A stretch of DNA of 64,000 bases from an uncultured virus (IMG/VR IMGVR_UViG_3300029955_000003) (taxonomy: Duplodnaviria; Heunggongvirae; Uroviricota; Caudoviricetes), in IMG/VR virus record IMGVR_UViG_3300029955_000003. One strand, written 5' to 3'. Of the stretch, positions 8,676-19,235 are shown piece after piece. Made by a program: the position numbers and the translations under genes. The notes beneath the pieces are model-generated. The model saw only the letters and a list, made by a program, of their open reading frames with translations, ran no database searches and was not told the origin of the DNA. The number at the start of each line of letters is the position of its first letter. The first letter of the stretch is position 1.

Positions 8676-10343
8676 TTAAAATTTTAAAACCCATCGTGTC
8701 ATGCCACAATCCCATACCCGGTCGTACCCAAGGTCCTGTACCATTTCCCATTCTGTCGTACTATCCACCCATTTATGATCTGGCACCATAGAAATGATTC
8801 TATCTTTACGAAGATTCGATTTATGGATTCTCTCGGCAAATCGCTTTGTGTACCAGTATGTTGGATCAGTCATACCACCATTACTAAATCCAAGAGCGCT
8901 ATATAAATTTCCCTTTGACCAACGATTATCCGAGAATGATATTATTTCTTTTGGATTATATTTTTTAATAAAGGTTTTCAACATTTTTGATGCAATGCCG
9001 GGATTATTTTTTCCATCCGTGACAAATCTAACTAACTCATGTAGGTTCTTGTTGTGAGAAGACATGATATACCTACCCTTGGCGAACGTCATAACAGCAA
9101 CCATTTCATTTTCATTAAATGCTGCTAAATTTATCGCCGTTGATGCACCACTACCTTGTAAATGATTATTATCCATAAATTGTTTGACATCCCTCCATGG
9201 TAGTTCTTTTATGACTAACTTACGTGCGCCCACCCCTTTCTCGGATTTCTTTAAAATGTTGATGACACGTTTCTTACATGCACTATTTTTGGTAACCCAC
9301 TCATCATCAAAAATACTAACTAGACGAACACCAATTTCATTACATCTTTTCATCTTATCAAAATGATAATTCTTATCTTTACCGCCAGCTATCTCAGAAT
9401 GAAACCGTAATCCGTCTAATTCAAATGCTAAATTATAATCTGGTAAATAAAAGTCTAATTCTAATGGTTTGATTATCGATTTATTATTAGATATAAATCT
9501 GATATCTAAAGAGGTTAAGAACGATGCAAACGATCTTTCTAATGAGCTTCTGTAACCATCAGTGAGACCATATAAACGGCAATGCTTGTGGTATAGCACT
9601 TGGGATATATTAAGTTCAAAAATAGCTTCTTGAAAACTTTTAGTAGAAGCATATGCAATGAATTTATCTTTATTATCTAATATTTCTCGTGCCGCATTTG
9701 AAATATGTACCCTACTAGGGTGTGTTTTTCTTGCGTGGTCAGAGAATTCTTTCCTAATATGATGTTGTTTCATATAATGATCTACACCATATCTCTCAGT
9801 ATTAGTTGTCGCAATTATGGATTTAATTTCCGGCACTTGGGTAGGATTTACGTGTCCATACCTTTCCAACATACCAGCTTCTTTTACATCTTGTATACAT
9901 AAAATAGAATTAACTCCAAAGCGTTCCATGACGGTAGCTTCCCGCTTCTCGTTAATTTCTTCAACCTGAGAAACATTCTTTACGCCATATTTTACTAAAT
10001 TTGTATTTTCGCGCTTGACATTTATGGCGTCCGTATCTCTATCAGCAATGACAATACCTTTTTTCGTGAGGTCAGATACGCTATCCATATAACATTGACA
10101 ATTTTTACCTTTACCACAAAACGGTCTAAAACCACGATCAATATTATCCCATGCCCGCTTCTTGCCATTTCCACAAAAAGGGTTCTCGTCATGCATGATA
10201 CACCATGCTATTTCAGCATTGGTCATATCGGAATCTGGATAATTTTGTTCGATGAATGTGTTAAGTTCTTTGTCGCGTCTCATCCCTTGTGAGAAATGTT
10301 TCTTTCCACACTCTTCGATAATTTTTTTGACTCGTTCTTTCAT
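8676..10343 (-). mobile_element. free-standing homing endonuclease (Hef/Vsr-like), downstream of major capsid gene
   Basis: (K/R)YGV repeats, ELDFYLPDYNLAFELDGLRFHS, IFDDEW, HLQG, SFSDNRWS, RVWDCG; likely start MKERVKK. Confidence 0.8.
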
Positions 10344-10413
10344 AATAACATCCTTGGATACAAACACTTTTGTATTTGTATTTAACAATATCACTAATAC
10401 CAACTAATGTCAA

Positions 10414-10446
10414 ACAAAAAAAATCCCCGGAAGAACCGGGGATTTT
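10414..10446 (-). terminator. terminator after major capsid gene
   Basis: AAAATCCCCGG-TTCTT-CCGGGGATTT followed by a U tract on the minus strand. Confidence 0.85.
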
Positions 10447-10475
10447 GACTTGTATTTCTTCTGAAGTAGAATATA

Positions 10476-11699
10476 TCAGAGGAAGGAAAGCGAACCAGCG
10501 TTGATACCAACAAGACCAAGGTAATCGGCAGAATTGCCGAGCGAGGTTGCAGTATTAACGAACTCAACATAACCATAACGGCTGTAGAACGAGGTCACTA
10601 ATTCGAAGGTGTTCGGATCAGTCACAACGCCTGAAGTTGTCAACGGAACGTAGGGGCACATAAATGTTGCCGCGTCGGTTTCGTTTTCGCCCTTATAACC
10701 AATAAGGATCGGTGTGCTATCCGTTGCATAGGTGTCTACGAATAGACGCATTGCATTGTTTAGAGTACCAACATACTTGTTGTTAGAAGGAGCTTCGAAG
10801 TTACCTTCGGTCGTGCGAACGAACGCAGATGCACGAGCAGATTCAAGAACAGTCAAAGCTGTCGGTGAAAGAACCGCCCAGTTACCCTTACCGCGACGGG
10901 TACGGGTTGCGATCAAGTTAGCCTGACGATTGATGAGAACTGCGAGAGCCGCAAATTCGTCAACAACGCTGATAGCCTGACCAGAAACAGCGCCCTGATC
11001 GTAGGTGTTAGCAGCAGTCGGGTTAGAAGGAAGAAGACGAAGCGAACGGAGAATTTCCTGATCGATTTCGACAGTAATTTCCTGCGCAACAGCGGCAAGC
11101 AATTCTTCTTCAATATCCACACCATACTGATTGTTAGCATCAGTCTGTGCTTCTACCGTCCAACGGGCGGAAAGACGACGAGTCTGAGCAGTAACAGTCT
11201 GCTTGAGAATTTCAAGCTTCATGGTGTTACCCGGAACGCCTTCAAGCATACCGACCGGAGCAGCACCCGGATAAAGCTGATTTTCATTACCAGAATAAGC
11301 AACTGCAATGTCGCGAACATGCGCGGGCGCAAGAGCTTCGTTACCGGACACTACACCAGAACCGGCGTTGGTGTTGCCATAGGTATAACGCATGGTTACA
11401 ACCTGACCCACCGGAGCCTGCATTGGCTGGATTCCGACAATTTCGTTCGCGATAACGTTAGGCATAACACGACGAAGAATTGGTAGAACAACTCTCTGAA
11501 GTGTAGCAATATTACCGGTAGAAACACCGCTTCCAGAAGCGTTTTCCATTATGAGCTTCTGACGGTTCATAAATTCATTTCTAGTATTATCTAAGGCAGA
11601 GTCGAGAAAACGACCTTGCTTTGTAGTAAGACCTTCCTTGAGAGCGTCTTTCATACGGTCCCACTTAGTCATTGCATTTGGTTTAATAAGATTTGCCAT
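10476..11699 (-). CDS. gp23: major capsid protein (T4 gp23-like)
   Basis: RRVMPNVIANEIVGIQPM, RRLSARWTVE, EIDQEI, TRRGKGNW, CPYVPL, SRYG. Confidence 0.97.
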   Translation of the reverse strand: MANLIKPNAMTKWDRMKDALKEGLTTKQGRFLDSALDNTRNEFMNRQKLIMENASGSGVSTGNIATLQRVVLPILRRVMPNVIANEIVGIQPMQAPVGQVVTMRYTYGNTNAGSGVVSGNEALAPAHVRDIAVAYSGNENQLYPGAAPVGMLEGVPGNTMKLEILKQTVTAQTRRLSARWTVEAQTDANNQYGVDIEEELLAAVAQEITVEIDQEILRSLRLLPSNPTAANTYDQGAVSGQAISVVDEFAALAVLINRQANLIATRTRRGKGNWAVLSPTALTVLESARASAFVRTTEGNFEAPSNNKYVGTLNNAMRLFVDTYATDSTPILIGYKGENETDAATFMCPYVPLTTSGVVTDPNTFELVTSFYSRYGYVEFVNTATSLGNSADYLGLVGINAGSLSFL

Positions 11700-11732
11700 C
11701 TTGTTTATCTCCCTTTAGGCGATCCTGTAAAA

Positions 11733-11740
11733 TATTTATA
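11733..11740 (-). promoter_or_regulatory. T4-type late promoter for major capsid gene
   Basis: TATAAATA on minus strand. Confidence 0.8.
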
Positions 11741-11777
11741 TTATAACTTCAAAAACTATGTTAAATCATAGTGTTTT

Positions 11778-12833
11778 TTATCTTTTTCCGATATTTGACC
11801 TACGAACGAGTTCAACGATATCATCGTCTTCTGCTTCATCCTCAGTTAAAAGACCCGAAGCGAATTCAACTATTGTTGATCTATTGACAGTTTCTTTAAT
11901 AACTGGTTTCTTTTCAACAACATCAGGTAAAAACTTATTAAAGGTCTTGTCTAAATCTGACGACTTAGCACTCTCTAATAGAGCCTTCATCTTTACTTTT
12001 GATTCGCCTTTAAGACCGGAAAGAAGCTTTTCAATCTTTTCTTTGCGAACAACATTCTCCTTAAGAATAGTGTGAGCTTTCTTAGCGGCAAATGCTTCCT
12101 CTTTTGCTTCCTTAACTGCCTTAATAGCAGCCTTCTTTAACTTCGCCATATCAGCCTGTGTGGTTGAAACAGTTTCAGATAAAGCGCGGAATTCTTCAGA
12201 AGAATTAAAGAACTGGCGGCGGAAGGTGGTCATGAAGCTTTCGAAAATTTCACGTCCAAAATCAGCTTCCTTCGCTGCTTGAATATCCTCACGGAGTTCG
12301 TCAAGCTGCTTAGGCACCATAACATTAACAATATTTTCCAGAACTGCTCCTGCCTTGTCGCGGAACTTATTACGTTCGGCTTCTAGCTGCGCAGTCTTGT
12401 TGTTGATCGCATTAAGATATGCACGGCGAGTGTGAACCTCATTTTCATGCAACTCTCCAATATGCTCCTTAAGCAATGTTTCCATTGTCTTCTCAAGAGC
12501 ATTAATACGAGCCTTAACTTCTTTTTGGGCTGCTTCCTTGACAGTCGCAAGCTTTGTGGAATATTCCAGCTTGAGTTTGTCGAAAGATTCTACGCCCTTC
12601 TGTAAATCAATAACATGTTCCTTGAGTTCCTGTTCTACGAACTTCTCAAGAGCAAGGTGCATCCGCTCAGTATCAACATCATACTGCTCAGAAAGCTCAG
12701 CGCGAATCTTCTTTTCTTGCTTTACTTTTGCATCCTTAAGACTTACTTCGAAATATTTCTTAATTTCCGAAGAAGTATCCTCAGTTATGATTTTCTCAGA
12801 AATTAGTTTTTTGAGAATTTCATCCATTTTCAT
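11778..12833 (-). CDS. gp22: prohead core scaffold protein (gp22-like)
   Basis: Long coiled-coil between protease and capsid genes; FGREIFESF. Confidence 0.85.
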   Translation of the reverse strand: MKMDEILKKLISEKIITEDTSSEIKKYFEVSLKDAKVKQEKKIRAELSEQYDVDTERMHLALEKFVEQELKEHVIDLQKGVESFDKLKLEYSTKLATVKEAAQKEVKARINALEKTMETLLKEHIGELHENEVHTRRAYLNAINNKTAQLEAERNKFRDKAGAVLENIVNVMVPKQLDELREDIQAAKEADFGREIFESFMTTFRRQFFNSSEEFRALSETVSTTQADMAKLKKAAIKAVKEAKEEAFAAKKAHTILKENVVRKEKIEKLLSGLKGESKVKMKALLESAKSSDLDKTFNKFLPDVVEKKPVIKETVNRSTIVEFASGLLTEDEAEDDDIVELVRRSNIGKR

Positions 12834-13486
12834 CTCCTTGTGACATCGGTTTCAATAATTGAAAATAATTTTTTAAATTCATTTATTACGTGCTTTTGTG
12901 CCGCCGAACTATCATGAATGTACTTCGACATTTCCATGATTTCTTTTCCATACTGACTACCATAGATGCTTTCACCTAAAGACATTTTAGGATAAGCATT
13001 TGGTGCAGATGGATTAATTACTGCATCGATTGTAATAATTTCAAAATCCGACACTTTGCCAGAAGTTTCAACCCTACCGGAACCACGTGAGCTTACGCCA
13101 ACATTAATCCCTGCCTTAATACAACCTTCTATAATCAAACCTAGTCCAGCGGGGACAACTCTCATTGTTCCAAAACCATTGCTTCCTTCGAGATACATTT
13201 CAGTGATAGCAACAGCAACTCTATCAAAGTTGATGTTAATACCTTCTGGATGATCCAATTCACCAGCAACTGGTCCCCGCGTTTTAATTCTTTCGTTAAG
13301 ATCAGCTACCGCACGGGCAATTTCTTCCCGTGGGTAGATGCGTCCATTGTGATTCTTTACATCACCTTCGATAAAAAGACCCTTTAGGTAAAAGAATTTA
13401 CCAAGGGTATCTTCGCGGGCTTCCGCGAAGATTTGTTTGCGCTCTGGTAAAATGTCTTCCCTTAATAAGGTAATTTCTCTAATCAT
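12830..13486 (-). CDS. gp21: prohead protease (gp21-like)
   Basis: NHNGRIYP, GELDHP, GVSSRGSG, DAVINPSAPNAYP; likely start MIREIT. Confidence 0.95.
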   Translation of the reverse strand: MIREITLLREDILPERKQIFAEAREDTLGKFFYLKGLFIEGDVKNHNGRIYPREEIARAVADLNERIKTRGPVAGELDHPEGININFDRVAVAITEMYLEGSNGFGTMRVVPAGLGLIIEGCIKAGINVGVSSRGSGRVETSGKVSDFEIITIDAVINPSAPNAYPKMSLGESIYGSQYGKEIMEMSKYIHDSSAAQKHVINEFKKLFSIIETDVTRR

Positions 13487-13491
13487 TGTAA

Positions 13492-14451
13492 TTATTCTTC
13501 TTGCCCAGAGGTATCGCAACGACCGCTGTCGAAGCCAAGACTTGCACCTGCGGTGTTTGTTGCAACATCGCGCGCATCGCCTGCTTCTTCTTCAACCTCT
13601 TTTTTGCCTTTACCAAAGGAAACATTTACGTCTTTTCCTTTTTTACCGGCTTCTGGCTCATCAAAAGAAACATCGTCGGTATCGTCTTCGCTACCTTCTT
13701 CGCCGCCAAAGTCATCTTCTCCGGTGTCACCACCAAAATCTGATTCTTCCTCGCCGCCTTCTTCTGACCCAAATTCATTGCCTTCGCCGCCTTCTGGCTC
13801 TTCTAAAAAGGAAAGATCGAAATCAAAGTCACCATCAGATTCATCGGTCGCAGTACCAAGACCTTTACCACCATCTACCCCACCAAGAGTAGCTGGCGCG
13901 CTCCCTGCGCTGATTGTTCCAGTCGGGTCTTGACCAGCATCGCCCTGTGCGTATGCATCAGCAGACGGAGAAGCAAATGTCATAGTCGGTACCGGCGAAG
14001 CCATTCCCCCAAGATCATTACCGGTTTGACCAGAACCTAATGCAAACGAGTCTTCATCAACTTCGCCTTCGCCAGAAGGTTTGCCATAGTTATGAATATG
14101 AACGTCGCCATCTTCAAAAATAGAACCAAAATCAAAGCTTTCAGATACTTCGTCTTTGTCATCATCTGTTTCTTTTGAATCTTTATTTGTTACTTTGTTG
14201 GAAAGTTTGGTAGGATTACCTTCTTTCTGTTCAAAATCAATTTCATCAGCCATTTTAGCTAAAGAACCCTCAGAAGATTCCAATTGAATCCACCATTCGC
14301 GAGTTGTGTTCTTAAGCATTTCCAAAAGCTGGTTCTGTGCCTTCTTATAAAGTGTTTCGTTAGCAACTACTAATTGACCCTTGTCATTAAATTTGCAACT
14401 TTTCATGAAGTTCTCTAGCATATCGCCAGTAATCTTCGCTCCGTTAATCAT
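13492..14451 (-). CDS. acidic prohead core protein, paralogue 3
   Basis: Located between portal and protease; shares N-terminus and ESFDFxSIFED motif with neighbours. Confidence 0.65.
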   Translation of the reverse strand: MINGAKITGDMLENFMKSCKFNDKGQLVVANETLYKKAQNQLLEMLKNTTREWWIQLESSEGSLAKMADEIDFEQKEGNPTKLSNKVTNKDSKETDDDKDEVSESFDFGSIFEDGDVHIHNYGKPSGEGEVDEDSFALGSGQTGNDLGGMASPVPTMTFASPSADAYAQGDAGQDPTGTISAGSAPATLGGVDGGKGLGTATDESDGDFDFDLSFLEEPEGGEGNEFGSEEGGEEESDFGGDTGEDDFGGEEGSEDDTDDVSFDEPEAGKKGKDVNVSFGKGKKEVEEEAGDARDVATNTAGASLGFDSGRCDTSGQEE

Positions 14452-14510
14452 TATTGTGCTCCTTTTTAAAAAGAATAAACGTATACAAAAGATATTTAAG
14501 GAACCAAAAC

Positions 14511-14537
14511 AAAAGGGGGGTAAAAACCCCCCTTTTT
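14511..14537. terminator. intrinsic terminator
   Basis: AAAAGGGGGGT-AAAA-ACCCCCCTTTT. Confidence 0.8.
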
Positions 14538-14568
14538 ATTATCTTTTAACGTTTACTTAACATTATAT

Positions 14569-15462
14569 TCATTTATCCTCAACTAGGGGATGATCTAAAA
14601 ATGAAAGATCAAACGATTCATTTGAAGATTGATTATATTGTGTTGGATTTTGATAAGAACCGAATCCAAAACCATTCGCTGACGGCACAGTAGATGCATC
14701 TTGGGGAGTAGGAGTTATCGTTGTATTGTTATCATTAATACCATTATTCCAATTTTGGTTCATTCCATGAGATAGTGGTCCAAGATAATCATGTACGCCC
14801 ATGACTCCCGTCTCAGAATCGCCACCAGTCATTCCATTCCCAATAACATCCGTAGTCGTTTGTGACGGATATGTTGCTTGTGTACCTTGGTCGCCTAAGC
14901 GACCTCCTGAATACTGTTCCTCACCACCAATTTCCCCATCATTCTGTTGATATGGGTTTGTTGATGAGGAACCATCGCCTAATCCCCCATTATTCGGTTG
15001 ATTAGCTAATCCACCTTGTTCCAAGGTATCGTCATCATCGCCAGCGACAATGGGACCATCATCTTCAAAGATTGAATTAAAGTCAAAGCTTTCAGTCATT
15101 CCCTTATCAGATGAACCATCTTCGGCAGGTTCATCGGCGGTCATTCCCTTGTCGGATGATCCATCATCGCCAACGCTAGCCATGTCATCTTCTTCTATTG
15201 GTTCAGCATAAATACCTGTTCCCTTTTCGGCATTTGACGGTTGCTTTTCTAACGCGTCTGTACTGCAATCATCATGAACTTCATCTTCTTTGCTTTCAAC
15301 CCACCATTTACGGCTGTTTTCAAAAATAGTTTTACCAAAAATTTTCTTAGCTTTATCGGCAGCATCGCCATTGACTACAACGAGATTGCCTTTTTCATTT
15401 AATTTATATCCGCTCATAAACTGTTCTAGCATTAGACGAGCGGCTGATTTATCTTTAGCCAT
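14569..15462 (-). CDS. acidic prohead core protein, paralogue 2
   Basis: FMSGYKLNEKGNL N-terminus; duplicated DGSSDKGMT; ESFDF motifs. Confidence 0.65.
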   Translation of the reverse strand: MAKDKSAARLMLEQFMSGYKLNEKGNLVVVNGDAADKAKKIFGKTIFENSRKWWVESKEDEVHDDCSTDALEKQPSNAEKGTGIYAEPIEEDDMASVGDDGSSDKGMTADEPAEDGSSDKGMTESFDFNSIFEDDGPIVAGDDDDTLEQGGLANQPNNGGLGDGSSSTNPYQQNDGEIGGEEQYSGGRLGDQGTQATYPSQTTTDVIGNGMTGGDSETGVMGVHDYLGPLSHGMNQNWNNGINDNNTTITPTPQDASTVPSANGFGFGSYQNPTQYNQSSNESFDLSFLDHPLVEDK

Positions 15463-15488
15463 TTTAAAGTTCCTTTTTATTATTTAAT

Positions 15489-16064
15489 TTATCCAACCCA
15501 ATTTTTATTATCCATCCCAATCTGACCGGGGGGAGTAGGATCAGGATTGATACCATCATCGCTTCTATCAAACTGAATAGGAGCGCCACCCGGAGTTCCC
15601 ATAGCAGGAGGCGCTGTTATTGGAGCTATTGGTGCTGATGGGGATGTTATTGGGGCAATTGGTGTTGGGGTTATATTAAAGTTGTCTATCGGTGGACCGG
15701 TATTAATTGGAGTGAAATTTCCAGCAACTTGAGAATTATCAGTAGAATCCCCAAAGTCGCCATCTTCTTGCAAACCATGATCTAAAAATGAAAAATCAAA
15801 CTCTTCGCCAGAATCTTTTTCATCCATTTGCTCCGGTTCCTGATCGGCAGTTTCGGGCGGTGCGTCATTTCCCCATGTTTCAGGACCATCAGTCCCATGA
15901 TCCTCTGCAATCCATACATTACTAATATCAGCAATATTTTTTTTGAATAGCTCTTTGGCATTAATTGCCGCATTTTCATTAATAATATTAAGCTCACCCT
16001 TTTTATTCAACTTATATCCGTTTGAAAATTCTTTGATAAACTTTTTTGAATCGAATCCGACCAT
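15489..16064 (-). CDS. acidic prohead core protein, paralogue 1
   Basis: FSNGYKLNKKGEL N-terminus; EEFDFSFLDH. Confidence 0.65.
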   Translation of the reverse strand: MVGFDSKKFIKEFSNGYKLNKKGELNIINENAAINAKELFKKNIADISNVWIAEDHGTDGPETWGNDAPPETADQEPEQMDEKDSGEEFDFSFLDHGLQEDGDFGDSTDNSQVAGNFTPINTGPPIDNFNITPTPIAPITSPSAPIAPITAPPAMGTPGGAPIQFDRSDDGINPDPTPPGQIGMDNKNWVG

Positions 16065-16085
16065 GTTATTTCCTTAATACCTTAT

Positions 16086-18164
16086 TTACATTCCGCCCAT
16101 TCCACCCATACCGCCCGCTGGTTCGGCAGGAGGCTTTTTATAGATTTGTAGGGTCACATTTAATCTTCTCTGTTTATCAATGCGCTTATTCATATACGCG
16201 CGTCTAATTTTTTGTAATTCAGACAAGCTAACCATTATATTGCCATGCAATGGGTCTTCTGGCATTACACCCTCATCGTCTCTAGAGAAATCAAAGCCGC
16301 CGCCATCGCCCTTCTTTGATGGCACGTCGATTGAATCGAAATCAATTTTCTCTTCTTTAATTGGTTTGATATAATTAATAGCAAAAGGCATTTTAGGTTT
16401 AGTCCTAGAATATTGTTCTGTTAATTGAATTTTACGTGGATGAGCAGTTCTAGACTCCATCGCGCCACCATAAGCTGCTGCGCCCGCTGAAGTTCCAGCA
16501 GGAGCCATTCCGCCTACATCAGCGCCAGAAGAGCCTTCAGCGCCGCCCATCTTCTCATTTTCTTGTGGTGGTCCGCTGCTTGGTGGGGGTGGACCCATAC
16601 CCATATCGCCGCCCATGCCGCCACCACCCATTGCGCCCGCTGGTGCTTGCATCTGGTAATTTTCTTCTCTATACAATCTTTCATTTTCAAGAATTTGATC
16701 ATCAGTAAATTGCATTCCGTATTTCATAGCAAATCTAGCAGCAATAAACGGGGTGCCCAACAATGCCTGAAACACTGGAGTAGCTTCATTCATTCTCGAT
16801 AACTGCTTTGATTTTTCATAGTTATCAGGCGGATAGAATGCTAATGAGAAATCCCCCGGATTAAATTCAATATCGCGCCATTTACAAAACATTTTAAATT
16901 CATGGTCTAACGCCATGATTAAATTATTTTGAACACGTAAACAAAACCGAGAAAATTCAATTTCTTCCTGATATGCTACGCCCGCTCTACCATCATTGAA
17001 TACCGAGCCACCATCCTGCGATCCCTGCATCCATGCATAAGGGACACGTAATGCCGCCATCATTTTCTTTTTAAGATAATCTAAATCTGGCATATCATTC
17101 CATGGCGTACCTTCCAGTTTTTCAACTTTTGATCCGCGCTGACTTGCAGAAATCGGAATAAAATAATCTTCCAACTGCGAAATAGGATTGTAAACCGAAT
17201 CGACGCTCTTTGCAGCCGGGTTGCTGCCTAAGAATTGTGGAATACGTTTTTCATTTAATTCATTTTTAAAGTTTTCAACGATCCATGACGATCTATCGTT
17301 ACGATTCATACCAACGTCGATATACCAAACATTACGGGTAGGCGCGCGTTGAACTCTATGAATAACAGCGGCATCTTCTAAAAGCTCCCGTTGTTTAAAT
17401 GTTTTATAAATCTGTTCTAACCACGATTCACCGAATGGATACATCTGTTGATAGCGATCAGTTGATTGTTCATCATAAGAAGCGCCAGCAAATTTGCCTT
17501 CTGATAGCGAGAGTTGGATAATATGAATAGTCGGGATAACTTTAGCGTTTCTGACACCAGTGCCAGCGCCATTTACCGCCTTAACCATGTTATTATATTG
17601 GTCATTTTCCAAATCAATTTCTAAGTTTTCGATATTGAACCTGAAATTTTTTATGACCCAACCTAGAATATCACCGGAATTTTTCTCAATGACCGCCCCT
17701 AATACCTGTTTAGGATGCAGCGTGTATAATTCGAATGTTTTAGGATCACGGAATAGAAACCAATCACCGTATTTGATGACGTTTCGGATCATTCTCATCA
17801 TTCGGTTAAAGAACTGATTATCGGCAGACCACTGGTCTAACGTCTGTAATATGGTTTTGGAAATTTCTTCGGTAGCTTCTTCTGAACGCCAATTTATTTT
17901 GAAATAACGTTCATTGATATCTTTTTCCGTACAATGCTCTGCAATGATGTCAAGAGCGCGTGAAATATCTGAATCCTTATCCATCCAATCATACATATGA
18001 TAACGCTGTAATCGATCAGCACGACCGCGATAAACAGAATTAATAATATTAACGTTCTGAACATTTGCTCTAGAGTAAAAATTTTCTTCAAATGGTGAAG
18101 AACCATGAGCCTTTTTTCTCTTACGGAGAGAAGAACCCGGTTGTACCAGTCTAGTAATACCCAT
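16086..18164 (-). CDS. gp20: portal protein (gp20-like) with long C-terminal extension
   Basis: MDKDSDISRALDIIAE, LLEDAAVIHRVQRAP..VWYIDVG, EDYFIP, ALRVP, EEIEFSRF. Confidence 0.95.
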   Translation of the reverse strand: MGITRLVQPGSSLRKRKKAHGSSPFEENFYSRANVQNVNIINSVYRGRADRLQRYHMYDWMDKDSDISRALDIIAEHCTEKDINERYFKINWRSEEATEEISKTILQTLDQWSADNQFFNRMMRMIRNVIKYGDWFLFRDPKTFELYTLHPKQVLGAVIEKNSGDILGWVIKNFRFNIENLEIDLENDQYNNMVKAVNGAGTGVRNAKVIPTIHIIQLSLSEGKFAGASYDEQSTDRYQQMYPFGESWLEQIYKTFKQRELLEDAAVIHRVQRAPTRNVWYIDVGMNRNDRSSWIVENFKNELNEKRIPQFLGSNPAAKSVDSVYNPISQLEDYFIPISASQRGSKVEKLEGTPWNDMPDLDYLKKKMMAALRVPYAWMQGSQDGGSVFNDGRAGVAYQEEIEFSRFCLRVQNNLIMALDHEFKMFCKWRDIEFNPGDFSLAFYPPDNYEKSKQLSRMNEATPVFQALLGTPFIAARFAMKYGMQFTDDQILENERLYREENYQMQAPAGAMGGGGMGGDMGMGPPPPSSGPPQENEKMGGAEGSSGADVGGMAPAGTSAGAAAYGGAMESRTAHPRKIQLTEQYSRTKPKMPFAINYIKPIKEEKIDFDSIDVPSKKGDGGGFDFSRDDEGVMPEDPLHGNIMVSLSELQKIRRAYMNKRIDKQRRLNVTLQIYKKPPAEPAGGMGGMGGM

Positions 18165-18222
18165 TAATGTTTCCTATAAATTTTTGAGGATTTTCTTTTT
18201 ATTTAAAAATTCAAGTCACGAT

Positions 18223-18251
18223 TTGACTTAGCAATCCAACTATGCTATATT
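18223..18251 (+). promoter_or_regulatory. sigma70-type promoter
   Basis: TTGACT-N17-TATATT (GCTATAT context). Confidence 0.6.
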
Positions 18252-18265
18252 TACAATAAAAGGTC

Positions 18266-18883
18266 ATGGATTCTTATATAATGAAGTTTTTAGATAAAAA
18301 CATAGTGGGATTGTCATATGAGGAAGAAATTTCTCTAGCAAAATCGGTAATGAATGCTTTAAAGCAGAAGTTTATTGACGAAGATTTTGAAAAGTTTCTC
18401 ACCGAGCTTTTTTTTAAGAAAGCCGAACGGGGCGCTCCCATCAATATAACCGAGTTGGATTATATTTTAGGGAAGTACGAATTCTATAAATTTACGTTTC
18501 CTATTTTAGAGGAAGACGGAACCTATATTGGTAGTTCCGAAATTAAGAATTTTCAAAAGTTTGGAAAGTTCGACAAAGAAGGATTTTCATATCGAATAGC
18601 TAAGCAGGTATCCTATGCTTGGTACGAGATGTGGAAGTTGGACGAAAGATTTCAGAATTGCGCTGGTATCTTTGCTTATTTTCCTGACTTCAATAAGGAT
18701 GATCCAGATGGAATCAAGGCAAAAGAGAAAAATCTAGAAAAATTGAGAATACAAATACGAGAAGAATTTAATCAAGAAGTGACTCGTATTATTGCAGAAC
18801 ATGATTTCGACATTGACGAAGCCATCATGTGGGTATCTGAGTATATCCCAAATCCAGACAGTCCTGATTTCGGATTTGACTAA
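18266..18883 (+). CDS. hypothetical protein
   Basis: 205-aa ORF with its own promoter and terminator. Confidence 0.7.
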   Translation: MDSYIMKFLDKNIVGLSYEEEISLAKSVMNALKQKFIDEDFEKFLTELFFKKAERGAPINITELDYILGKYEFYKFTFPILEEDGTYIGSSEIKNFQKFGKFDKEGFSYRIAKQVSYAWYEMWKLDERFQNCAGIFAYFPDFNKDDPDGIKAKEKNLEKLRIQIREEFNQEVTRIIAEHDFDIDEAIMWVSEYIPNPDSPDFGFD

Positions 18884-18908
18884 TCATACAACAAAATTTA
18901 GATTAATT

Positions 18909-18935
18909 AAAGGGGGCGAAAGCCCCCTTTTTTTT
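18909..18935 (+). terminator. intrinsic terminator
   Basis: AAAGGGGGC-GAAA-GCCCCCTTTTTTTT. Confidence 0.9.
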
Positions 18936-19000
18936 GTTTCCTAAAAGAACGAAGTGAAAGGAGAACTGCGCGCTTCTAGCGCTGCCGCGATCTTTTCGCT

Positions 19001-19049
19001 TCTCTTTAGATTCTTTTATGAACGAAGTGAGTAAAAGAATCTAAAGAGA
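19001..19049. repeat. perfect 18-bp inverted repeat in non-coding region (origin-like)
   Basis: TCTCTTTAGATTCTTTTA-N13-TAAAAGAATCTAAAGAGA; the loop motif GAACGAAGTGA recurs at 18947-18957. Confidence 0.85.
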
Positions 19050-19235
19050 TTGAATTGATAAATTAAAGTTATTAAATGATTCTTTAAAAGAACTATTAAC
19101 CTAATGAATCTAATAATAGGGAGCTTTTTTGGATCGTCAAGGGGGTAATGAAAAATATTTTTTTAGTTTCGTATATTCTCTTGAAAAGGGTGGATATAGG
19201 AATATAATTATATATGTGCCCTAGAAAGGTTTTAA

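Noticed and set aside
11758..17817. Numerous plus-strand ORFs overlapping the head genes
   Set aside because: Antisense shadows of well-supported minus-strand genes, with no RBS or motifs; the same applies to short antisense ORFs elsewhere.
18884..19235. tRNA or CRISPR array in the large intergenic gap
   Set aside because: No cloverleaf or T-loop consensus, and only two copies of an 11-mer.
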